From the sequence record MW735835.1: a DNA stretch of 64,000 nucleotides; one strand, written 5' to 3'. Below, in pieces: positions 52,118-60,667 of this stretch (position 1 is the first letter of the stretch; the number at the start of each line of letters is the position of its first letter). The notes beneath the pieces were generated by a model that was given only the letters and a program-made list of their open reading frames with translations, was not told the origin of the DNA and did not search any database. The translations under genes were made by a program, and so were the position numbers.

Positions 52118-52723
52118 ATGAGATCTTTACTTATGGCGGGAGCCATGGTCAAGTCCGACATCAGAGGCAGTGTACTGTTCCAGACCAGTGGAACATTCAA
52201 ATGGAAATGTCCTGAAGGAGTCACCAAGGTATCGATAGCCCTTGTAGGTAGCGGTGGCTCTGGTTATTGGGAGAACCGTCAGATTGGTGCTGGCGGTAAC
52301 GTGCGGTTCGTCAACGACGTTCCCGTTGTTCCAGGTACAGAATACAACATCACCATCCCCAGTCAACGTGCAGCGAAGAACCTCAACGCCGATAACAGCA
52401 CCAGCGCTCTTGGCTATACGGCTAACTCTACGTTGTCCGCCACTGTACTGGGTGGTAACGGTCAACAACCACTCCAATCTCTTGGTAGCTCGATGCGAGC
52501 AGGCGGCGCGGTAGGTTATGTTGCCAGTGGTACCACTGGTCAAGGTATCAATCTCCTGACCTTCACTGCAACCGCCCCTTCCAGCGGTGGACGTTACGAT
52601 GGCCAAACCGCCGGCGGTGGTGGTGGCTACAATGGATCGAGTGCAGGTCTTGGTGCCGTGGGTGCCGTCCGCATTCTTTGGGGTAAAGGTAGAGCCTTCC
52701 CTTCCACCGATATTGTGGACTGA
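52118..52723 (+). CDS. Glycine-rich virion/tail-fibre-like domain protein
   Basis: TSGTFKWKCPEGVTKVSIALVGSGGSG...GAGG..VVPGTEYNITI...GAVRILWGKGRAFP glycine-rich phage domain. Confidence 0.7.
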   Translation: MRSLLMAGAMVKSDIRGSVLFQTSGTFKWKCPEGVTKVSIALVGSGGSGYWENRQIGAGGNVRFVNDVPVVPGTEYNITIPSQRAAKNLNADNSTSALGYTANSTLSATVLGGNGQQPLQSLGSSMRAGGAVGYVASGTTGQGINLLTFTATAPSSGGRYDGQTAGGGGGYNGSSAGLGAVGAVRILWGKGRAFPSTDIVD

Positions 52724-52724
52724 C

Positions 52725-52758
52725 AGCATAGAGCCCGGCATCTGCCGGGCTCTATGCT
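52725..52758. terminator. Bidirectional terminator
   Basis: AGCATAGAGCCCGGC/GCCGGGCTCTATGCT 15-bp stem between convergent genes. Confidence 0.85.
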
Positions 52759-52759
52759 C

Positions 52760-54496
52760 TTATGCTGCTTCCAGCGCCAGCTCTTTCTCGAACTCTGCCA
52801 GCAATTCCCACGGATCGGGAGCCTTCATCGTCTCGGTCATGATCTCGATCGAGTTCACAGGACCACCTGTAAGGTTGATCCCCACCAGACGTTGCTTGCT
52901 CGCCGTCACCCCGGCAATCCGACAGACCTCGTACATCGTCGTCATCTTCGACAGGTTGAGAATGATCTCACCGTTCGGATACGTCGAACCGATGTCAGCG
53001 TCAGACGTGTACCGCCGCACGTAACTGCGTACCGAGGGCAGGTCCTTGATCATGAACACGCCGTTGGCCTCTACGAGGCTAGTTGGCAAGGTCACAATCC
53101 AGTCATCTTTACCCAGAAGCAGTTTGTCCAGCTCATCTTCCATCCGGTCCGACAACGTACCCGCCACCATCCCATCTTTGAGCATGTCAAAGTAGAAGTC
53201 GTTGACGTTACGCTTCGGGTTCGAGTTGAAGATGCTGTACTCGGACGATCCCGACAGAATGCCAATCTGAGTGTTGAGGTCAGTGACTTTCTTGTCCAGC
53301 AGTTCCACACCCAAGCAGTCGTAGACGTTATACACCACGTAGTTGACTTTGTAGTGCTTCTGCATCTGCATGTGCCATTCGACACTACCAGACGCTGCGG
53401 TGGAGTCACCTGTCGGGAAGTAGAGCTTGCCCCAATCCTCGCCCAGGTTTTTCTTCAGAATTGCATCCAACGCATAGCTGGGTTCTTTACCCTTGGCCCG
53501 ACGGATGTTCCGGTAGACGGCTGCCGAGTCGATCCAGATGTGGCTGGAGGGTGTCTCCACCACGTGCCAACGATCGTACCATGCCAGGTTCTCTGACTTA
53601 CCATCGGCCTTGACCTTGGTTTCAGGACCCCGCTTATAACGGAAGTACTTGAACGGTTCCGGCACTTCCGGCGCACTGAACACCTCAGCCAGGTTGTAGC
53701 CTTCCATCTCCAGCGCACGGAGCATCACCGTGATGTCGAAGTCCATGTTCCAGAAGGACACGAAGTCTGGCTGCCATTCGTGACACTTGTCGATGCATTC
53801 CTTGACCATGGCCCCAGGGGACTTCATGATCTTGATCTCGAACTCGATCCCACGCGGCCTGGTGATGTGACCCAAGTGCTGGTCCAACGCTGCCTTAATG
53901 GTGTTGATCGGATCAGGGATACCGGCAATCCAGGTGTCCAGAATGGTCACGATGGCCTTGTTGTTGAAGGTCACCGTCGAGATGATGATGTCCTTACCCC
54001 CGTTCTCGTTCCACATGTCGGTCTCGGTGTCGAGTACCGCCACCTGGTTCGAGCGGAACAGTCCAGGCCATTTCTCCTGGTACTGACGTTTGATGAGGGT
54101 CGAAGGACTGATGTCGGCACCGTAGATGTATTGGTTCCGGCATAGGGTCTTTAACTGCTGCTTGGGGTTCCCGTAACCCAGACGGCGCACGATCTGTTGG
54201 TTCAGATCCCGCTGAGTGGTCTCACACTGGATAAGCTTATCCATGTACTCCACTTCTTTTTTGTCTTTGTGGTTGCGGTACTTCTCCTTGGTGATCCAGA
54301 AGGGTCGCTTACGGTTCGGATAGAAACGAAGTCGGGTCTGGTGAGTGCCATCCTTCAGATGGACGATCTCTTTGACCGTCAGCAGGTCATCGGTATCGTT
54401 CGCTGCTGATTCGGTATAAATGGCGTGTTTGCACTCGAGCCCAATGATGTCTTCTGGTTTGAAGACAGGTGCTTTCTTAACGACGGTCATTGGCAC
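52760..54496 (-). CDS. Family-B DNA polymerase exonuclease/N-terminal subunit (phiKZ gp82-like)
   Basis: ExoI VLDTET, ExoII FWNMDFD, ExoIII YNVYD, polymerase motif A DADIGSTYPN. Confidence 0.85.
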   Translation of the reverse strand: MPMTVVKKAPVFKPEDIIGLECKHAIYTESAANDTDDLLTVKEIVHLKDGTHQTRLRFYPNRKRPFWITKEKYRNHKDKKEVEYMDKLIQCETTQRDLNQQIVRRLGYGNPKQQLKTLCRNQYIYGADISPSTLIKRQYQEKWPGLFRSNQVAVLDTETDMWNENGGKDIIISTVTFNNKAIVTILDTWIAGIPDPINTIKAALDQHLGHITRPRGIEFEIKIMKSPGAMVKECIDKCHEWQPDFVSFWNMDFDITVMLRALEMEGYNLAEVFSAPEVPEPFKYFRYKRGPETKVKADGKSENLAWYDRWHVVETPSSHIWIDSAAVYRNIRRAKGKEPSYALDAILKKNLGEDWGKLYFPTGDSTAASGSVEWHMQMQKHYKVNYVVYNVYDCLGVELLDKKVTDLNTQIGILSGSSEYSIFNSNPKRNVNDFYFDMLKDGMVAGTLSDRMEDELDKLLLGKDDWIVTLPTSLVEANGVFMIKDLPSVRSYVRRYTSDADIGSTYPNGEIILNLSKMTTMYEVCRIAGVTASKQRLVGINLTGGPVNSIEIMTETMKAPDPWELLAEFEKELALEAA

Positions 54497-54619
54497 TTCC
54501 TGAAACTGAGTGGAGTATATTGAAGGTGGTTATACAAATGGATATCGGGCCTTTGTAAGAATTTACGCCAATCTCTATGATTGGGTACTTACGCCAAGCC
54601 ACTTTTAAGAGACTCTGTC

Positions 54620-55936
54620 ATGAAACAAGCACTCGTTGCATCTCTGGAGGCCATCGACTTCCAGCGGAACTCCACCCTCATCAAGGAGATGGGGATGCAG
54701 TTCGACACCTGCCTGCGAGACCCGTCCAAAGACACCTTCAACAAGTGCTCCGAGGCGCTCTCCGCCATCGCTTTCAAGCACACCAAGATGAAGTTCCGCT
54801 TCCACTTCGTTCGTCTTGGTGGTCCGAACGCCTTCGTGATCCCGCCGCAGGCCGACATTGCCAACCCGATGCGCCCTGACGAAATCGCCACCAAGGTTCA
54901 GCGCCTGGGTCGCATGCCCACCGAGCAGGAGCTGTTCAAGGGCACGGTGGATCTGAAGACCGGCCAAGTTGGTGGCATCTACTCGGAAATCCCGATCGAC
55001 ATCTTCACTGCTGTCGAGTTCTTCACCGACCGCAACATGGGCAACATCACCGGCGACCACATCGCTGCGATCTCTGCTCATGAAATGGGTCACGGCTTCA
55101 CCTACCTGCGCTACCTGGGCCAGATGGTCCTGTCCAACTGCGCCGTGGCCGAGATCATCAAGAAGCAGCACGAAGGCGCTGACGACAAGGTGGTCCAGGA
55201 AGTCGTCAAGGTGGTCGAACAACGCACTGGCTGGCGCCTGCGCGATCTGGGCGAAATCAACCGTTCCACCGATCCACTGGTGGTCCAGCAAGTGATCATG
55301 GCTGGCATGGTGGACAGCATCCGTTCGGAACTGGGCACCAAGTTCTATGATCGTCGCGCTTTCGAGTTCTCTGCTGACCAGTTCGTGGCCCGTCACGGCG
55401 GTGCTCAACTGATCGTGGAAGCTTTGGACATCATGTACAAGTCCTACCCGGCGTACTTCAAAGAGTACCGTGGCCGCATGGCGAACATCATGTCCTCTCT
55501 GGTCGGCTACGGTCGCCTCGTTCTCGGCTCCCTGATGGTTGCCGGCGGCATCATGATGGTCCAGCCGCTGTTCTTCATCTTCGGTCTGTTCATGGTCCTC
55601 ATGAGCCTGTTCGGCGGTGGCGATGACGGTATCTACGACCCGATTCCCAAACGCTACGAAGCGATGCGTCGTGAGCTGATTGCGTCCTCCAAGGACCAGA
55701 ACCTCTCCATCGCACAGCGTAAAGAGATCATCGACCAGATCACTGCAATCGACAGCATCCTGGAAGAAGTCGCCAAGAACTCCAAGGGCTATTTCGCTCC
55801 CGACGTTGCCATTGAGTTCCTCAAGGGTATCTTCAACGGCCGACCGGCTGAGCAGAAGTTCCAGCGCATGCTCGAGAACCTGGTCAACAACCGCCTGTTC
55901 GAACTCTCCAACCAACTTCAAGCCAAATCGGTGTGA
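54620..55936 (+). CDS. Virion protein with HExxH zinc-peptidase-like motif and hydrophobic hairpin (gp83/84-like)
   Basis: AHEMGHG, EFSADQF; long hydrophobic segment; ASLE near N-terminus. Confidence 0.7.
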   Translation: MKQALVASLEAIDFQRNSTLIKEMGMQFDTCLRDPSKDTFNKCSEALSAIAFKHTKMKFRFHFVRLGGPNAFVIPPQADIANPMRPDEIATKVQRLGRMPTEQELFKGTVDLKTGQVGGIYSEIPIDIFTAVEFFTDRNMGNITGDHIAAISAHEMGHGFTYLRYLGQMVLSNCAVAEIIKKQHEGADDKVVQEVVKVVEQRTGWRLRDLGEINRSTDPLVVQQVIMAGMVDSIRSELGTKFYDRRAFEFSADQFVARHGGAQLIVEALDIMYKSYPAYFKEYRGRMANIMSSLVGYGRLVLGSLMVAGGIMMVQPLFFIFGLFMVLMSLFGGGDDGIYDPIPKRYEAMRRELIASSKDQNLSIAQRKEIIDQITAIDSILEEVAKNSKGYFAPDVAIEFLKGIFNGRPAEQKFQRMLENLVNNRLFELSNQLQAKSV

Positions 55937-56373
55937 ACATGAAAATCCAGCGCCTCCTGCAACTCCTCGAGTCCGTTCCGAAACCCGAGCTGCGTAAGCC
56001 CTTCCTCGAAACCGCCCTGGCCGTCGAGATCGCCTACAGCCTGGCCCTGCCCAGTGGTCGTGTTGAAAGCGTGGTCGCCCACTTCGACCAGTTCCACGCC
56101 GAACAGGTGAAGCAGATCATCGGTGAAGTGAACGAACTGTACCCGTTCAACGTCAACGTCACCTACAACATGGTCGTCGACGCTTTCAAGAACCGCTACG
56201 TGATCTGCCACGAGCCCTGCCTGCTCACCGCCGATGACATCGCAGCCCAACTGCGCCGTCCGGCCTTCCAGATGTCCGTGGACCCGGTGCACGCCGAAGT
56301 CCTCCAGGCCGGTTACAGCAAACTGCTGCGCGATGACCTCTGCGAGTTCATCCGCCGGTTCATTCCTGCCTAA
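55933..56373 (+). CDS. Virion-cluster hypothetical protein
   Basis: GTGA coupling; strong codon bias. Confidence 0.75.
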   Translation: MNMKIQRLLQLLESVPKPELRKPFLETALAVEIAYSLALPSGRVESVVAHFDQFHAEQVKQIIGEVNELYPFNVNVTYNMVVDAFKNRYVICHEPCLLTADDIAAQLRRPAFQMSVDPVHAEVLQAGYSKLLRDDLCEFIRRFIPA

Positions 56374-56421
56374 TCACACCGAGGGGAGCCTAGGCTCCCC
56401 TCGCTCTATGAGGACTGATCT

Positions 56422-57687
56422 ATGCTGATCTCCGAATCCGGGGCAATCGTAGACCCGAACGAACTCGCGGCTTGCCTCGAGACCACGCCTGAAGAGCTGG
56501 CTGCTCAGGATCAACAGATCCTTGAAGCCTCTCTGGAGGACCTGCTGGAAGATCTCGAGGGCAATATCAACATTGCTCCTGACGAGGACATCCCGGTAGA
56601 CGTGCTCGAACCGGCCATGGAATCCATCCTGAATGTCGCCAACGGCATCCTTGATGCTGGCGCTATCTCTCGTTCGGATGCCCAAGCCCTGCGTCAAATG
56701 ACAGCGTCTTTGGAGGGCTTCCAGGACACTTTCACCAACATGCCGATGGCATCGTTCACCGAACTACCGTCGAAGGTCAACTACGACGCTTCGATGGAAT
56801 CGGTCCTGAGCACCGTGGGCCGGAAGATCGTCGAAATCATCAAGGCGATCATCAAGTGGGTGAAGGAAAAGGCCAAGGCTATTGTCGGTTTCTTCCGCGA
56901 CAACCGCATGAAGGCCAAGAAGACCGAAGAAGCTTCCAAGAAGGTCAGTGAAGCACTGAAGGCCTCTGAAAAGAGTCTGGAAGAGATCTTCCTGTCTGCG
57001 GTCAAGCCAGAGCACCTGAAGCCCGACGGTCAAACCGAATTCCGTACTCGGAAGAAAGGCCAGAAGGTCGATTTGCACATCAACTCGCTGGCTGCTCACC
57101 TGAGTGACAACCCGACGAGCATCGGCAAGGTACAGACCTTCATCAATGCCTTGTCCGGTGGTGCGAAAGCCATGTTGACCAGCACCACTGATCTTCAGAT
57201 GGCCAACGTGACCGGTCTGGATTCGATGTTGTTTGCCGAGAAGACACCGTACACCAAGGGCGACTCCGCCCTGGAATCGACTGCCTATCTGCACGCCATC
57301 GCCAAGCGCCTGGCCAGCACTGTCGCCGACGTCGACGTGATCACCACCGACACCCCTGAAGCCGATGTCAATAAACGTCTGGCAGTGTTCGATGGGTCCA
57401 AGATGGCCAATCTGGCCATGATCATGGCAGTGCCCTTGACCAACACCGCGAATGCCGCGGCAAAAGGTCTGGAAGAGGTTAAAGCCGAGATCACCACGCT
57501 GACTAAGGACAACGTCCGCCTGACGAACGAAGACCCGCTGTACGTGAAGGCTCGTCATTACAAGGCTATCACGCAGATGGTCGACGATCTGAACAGCGTG
57601 TACGGTTACGTCATGAAGGCGTGGACCGATCTGATTTCGGTCGGTGCCAAGGTGGCCAAAGATCCGGGCTACGGCATAGCGGCCTGA
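56422..57687 (+). CDS. Internal head protein with acidic propeptide
   Basis: GAGGA RBS; acidic N-terminus with repeated (S/A)-x-E sites (ASLE, AME, SLE, SME) matching the phiKZ-type prohead protease motif. Confidence 0.7.
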   Translation: MLISESGAIVDPNELAACLETTPEELAAQDQQILEASLEDLLEDLEGNINIAPDEDIPVDVLEPAMESILNVANGILDAGAISRSDAQALRQMTASLEGFQDTFTNMPMASFTELPSKVNYDASMESVLSTVGRKIVEIIKAIIKWVKEKAKAIVGFFRDNRMKAKKTEEASKKVSEALKASEKSLEEIFLSAVKPEHLKPDGQTEFRTRKKGQKVDLHINSLAAHLSDNPTSIGKVQTFINALSGGAKAMLTSTTDLQMANVTGLDSMLFAEKTPYTKGDSALESTAYLHAIAKRLASTVADVDVITTDTPEADVNKRLAVFDGSKMANLAMIMAVPLTNTANAAAKGLEEVKAEITTLTKDNVRLTNEDPLYVKARHYKAITQMVDDLNSVYGYVMKAWTDLISVGAKVAKDPGYGIAA

Positions 57688-57694
57688 CATGCAA

Positions 57695-57731
57695 CATACA
57701 GGGAGGGGCAGTTGCCCCTCCCTGTATGCCG
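57695..57731. terminator. Bidirectional terminator
   Basis: CATACAGGGAGGGGC/GCCCCTCCCTGTATG 15-bp stem between convergent genes. Confidence 0.85.
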
Positions 57732-60656
57732 TTACTCCGAAGCGTGCTTCATGAACACGACGTCGATGCTGTCCACCACCCCGTAGGTTCCGTTGGGGAG
57801 GGAGATCAGCTTCTTGCCGATGCACAGACGGGACGATTCGTCAGCCATGGTGATCACACTGAAGTTGCGTGGGCCACCAAAGTTCTTAATCGCCACGGCC
57901 TGGATGTCGTTACCCATGACGTTCTTGAGTGCAGTCTGCAAGTTGTCTCGCGTGACCTGCATCTCTTTGAAGTCAGCAGTGATCGACTTACGGGTCGCTT
58001 TACGCATCTCTTCCTTGAGGACTTCGTTCTTGTAGACCGAGTCATTGACGTAGTACTCGACCACCAGGTGCTGTGCCGCTTGCAGGGACATCGCCAGGCT
58101 GTCATCCACCAGTGCCTCCACCAAGCCCACCGTCGACTTCGGATGGAACCAGAGTTTGGTCTTCTCCAGAAGCTTCTTACGGATCGGTGCCAGCGTGATG
58201 TTGACCCATTCCACGATCTGGTTCGGGACCGTCTCGCGGTAGTTCAGGTCGGTCTCGTTGGTGACGAAGAAGTACACGCCGTCGAACAGGCAGAGTTCTA
58301 CCTGACGCAGTACACTGCGCGGGGACGCAATGATCGGTTCACCGTCTTGGTAGATGATGGACCCTTCTTCATGCAGCACGATGGGGAGTTCGGTCTCCTC
58401 GTCGTACTTGATGTCGCCGGCCTTGTGCTTGTACACCACGTGAGGCTTGCCTTGTCCGTCGTACTCCACGAGTACGCCACCGGTGGCCGTGGTTTCCGGC
58501 ACGTTGGTGGTCCACAGCTCGTAGACGGTCTCCTCGTAGCGAAGGTATTGCTCCTCGCCAACCGTTGAACGTGCGCGCGCCCAGAGGCCTTCCAGGGACG
58601 CTCCCAACACTAGCGTGACTTGCTCGTGGTACAGACCCGAGATCTCGTCGGTGTAGAGGAACTTGCCCATGTTCTCGTCGATGCTGGTGTACTCGCCCTG
58701 TTCCACCAGAGCCGACTTGACACCGTAGAAGATGTCGAAGACGGTGGACATCGCTGCGGGGTAGGCATGCGGTGCAATGTCCTCGGCTTGGAAGCCGTTC
58801 AGGTAGACGTTGTGTTCAGGGTCGACGTCCCAGTTCGAGTCGAAGCGGAATTCGAAGATCCATTCCTTGGACTTCGGATCACGCCCTACCAGGGTGCCGT
58901 TCAGGTACGTGCGGGTCACTTCACCCGGCGCGATGTACGCCAGCTGAGCCACCAAGCCATCGTCGTCCAACTCCTTGAGGCTGTCGGTCGAGTCAGACAT
59001 GATGCGCAGCACCCAACCTGTGTCAGTGCGCTCGAAGGTGTGACCGTTACTGTTGATGCCCACGCCCATGGTGCCGTTGTCTTCGACGAAGAACCGGCGC
59101 GTCAGCTGCGGATTGCCGAAGTAATACGGTCGTACCGTGAAGACGTTGTCCGTGATGTCGTAGACGTAATGGAACGGGGTATAGAAGTAGTTGCCGTTGG
59201 TGACCCGGTCCACCAACAGGTCTGGCGAGAGTTCCAACAGCTCTTCCTTGGTTTCCTTGTCCACGATGGACAGGTAACCCCCTTCGTCCTTATACAGGGT
59301 CGACGGCAGGATGGTCATCCGCAGACCATTGTCCTTCACGTCGGCCGTAGCCAGGATCTGGTCAATGGTCTTGCTGAGTGTGATCACGTTAGCGCCCACA
59401 CCGGTGGAGACTTCCTTGATGTCCGGTGCAGGCAGCTCACGGGAAGCGGCGTACAGACGGTTGGTCAGGTTGTCCACGTCGGTTACACAGCTGAAGCCTG
59501 CGTCAGTGAGCAGGTCAAGCTGCGATTGGATCTGCACGTTAGTGATCGGGACATCGATGCGACCAGTGGCGTTGTTGATGACACGTTCTTTCAGCTTGGC
59601 GAAGCTGATGGCATTAGAACCGCCGGTAGCGGGAGTCGATGCCATGAAGTACGCCGAGGTCAGGCGGGCCACCGGAGAGGTGTACTTGCCATTGTCGTCG
59701 TTGTCGTAGTCATCGAAGGTCGCCTTGAACATGTCCGAGCTGTAACCATTGAGCGCCAGCTCCAACACCCCACGAGTGGTGTAGATGTCGATGCGCAGGG
59801 TACGGTTCACCAAACCAGTGGTGTAGTAGACCTGCGGGATAGAGACGTTCAACTGGTTGTTGTCCAGCAGCTTCAGAACAGCTGTCGGCACCAACGGGTT
59901 GTAGACCTGGTCGCTGTGCGTGGTGTTGATCTCGGTCCACCCACCGTTACCATCGCTGGCATAGACACGACAGTGGTAGAACTGGTCACTGAACCCGTAG
60001 GTCTTGTTGAAGACCTTGGAGGCAGTCAATGGAGCCGTGACCGACTTGATCTCGACTTGCTGGCACGGCACCTCCATCTGGATGAACTCCTCGTGACCGA
60101 GGTTGTAGTTCAGCAGAGACCATTCCACGCTGTTGGTTTCCAGCGGCATGGTTGGGGAGGGTTTGCTGTTGTCGTAGACGATCTGGAGGCCGCCGTGCGG
60201 CAACACCCGGATCTCGATCGGGTACTGGAGGGTAAACGGAACATCGCCCCCAAGGATCTTGGTGTGACGCGGGATGGTCAGTTTCTTCACCCCGGCGTTG
60301 CCGGTATCGACGGCTTTCTCAATCACTTCGTTCTTGTTGAAGGCCAGCAGGATGTTGGCCACCGAAGGACTGGAGAAGACGTTGATGTAATCGACGGTGC
60401 TCATGTGACGGTAGAGGTCATCACGGGTCTGAGCCTGCTCCGGGTATTGCAGACGGTTCAGGAACTCATCCTTCCGGGTCGCGTTGGCAAACAGCGTGCT
60501 GGCGAACTCCATCAGGTAGACGAAAGCGTTCGACGCATCGGTGATCTCGACTTCGCCGTTGGTGACGCGTTCGAGGTACTCGATACCGGCGCGTTGGATC
60601 GCCATCGGATTGAGCTTGGCCAGCTCAATCATGTTGTTCAAATCTGCCCTTTGCAT
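57732..60656 (-). CDS. Large virion structural protein, probably baseplate (gp87-like)
   Basis: 974 aa; GGAG RBS; FSSPSVANI, ATGGSNAISF..LKERVI segments resemble baseplate wedge (T4 gp6-like) proteins; synteny. Confidence 0.7.
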   Translation of the reverse strand: MQRADLNNMIELAKLNPMAIQRAGIEYLERVTNGEVEITDASNAFVYLMEFASTLFANATRKDEFLNRLQYPEQAQTRDDLYRHMSTVDYINVFSSPSVANILLAFNKNEVIEKAVDTGNAGVKKLTIPRHTKILGGDVPFTLQYPIEIRVLPHGGLQIVYDNSKPSPTMPLETNSVEWSLLNYNLGHEEFIQMEVPCQQVEIKSVTAPLTASKVFNKTYGFSDQFYHCRVYASDGNGGWTEINTTHSDQVYNPLVPTAVLKLLDNNQLNVSIPQVYYTTGLVNRTLRIDIYTTRGVLELALNGYSSDMFKATFDDYDNDDNGKYTSPVARLTSAYFMASTPATGGSNAISFAKLKERVINNATGRIDVPITNVQIQSQLDLLTDAGFSCVTDVDNLTNRLYAASRELPAPDIKEVSTGVGANVITLSKTIDQILATADVKDNGLRMTILPSTLYKDEGGYLSIVDKETKEELLELSPDLLVDRVTNGNYFYTPFHYVYDITDNVFTVRPYYFGNPQLTRRFFVEDNGTMGVGINSNGHTFERTDTGWVLRIMSDSTDSLKELDDDGLVAQLAYIAPGEVTRTYLNGTLVGRDPKSKEWIFEFRFDSNWDVDPEHNVYLNGFQAEDIAPHAYPAAMSTVFDIFYGVKSALVEQGEYTSIDENMGKFLYTDEISGLYHEQVTLVLGASLEGLWARARSTVGEEQYLRYEETVYELWTTNVPETTATGGVLVEYDGQGKPHVVYKHKAGDIKYDEETELPIVLHEEGSIIYQDGEPIIASPRSVLRQVELCLFDGVYFFVTNETDLNYRETVPNQIVEWVNITLAPIRKKLLEKTKLWFHPKSTVGLVEALVDDSLAMSLQAAQHLVVEYYVNDSVYKNEVLKEEMRKATRKSITADFKEMQVTRDNLQTALKNVMGNDIQAVAIKNFGGPRNFSVITMADESSRLCIGKKLISLPNGTYGVVDSIDVVFMKHASE

Positions 60657-60667
60657 GGGTCACTCCA

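Noticed and set aside
54563-54597. TTACGCCAA direct repeat as an operator
   Set aside because: Only two 9-mers and not seen elsewhere in the window; insufficient evidence.
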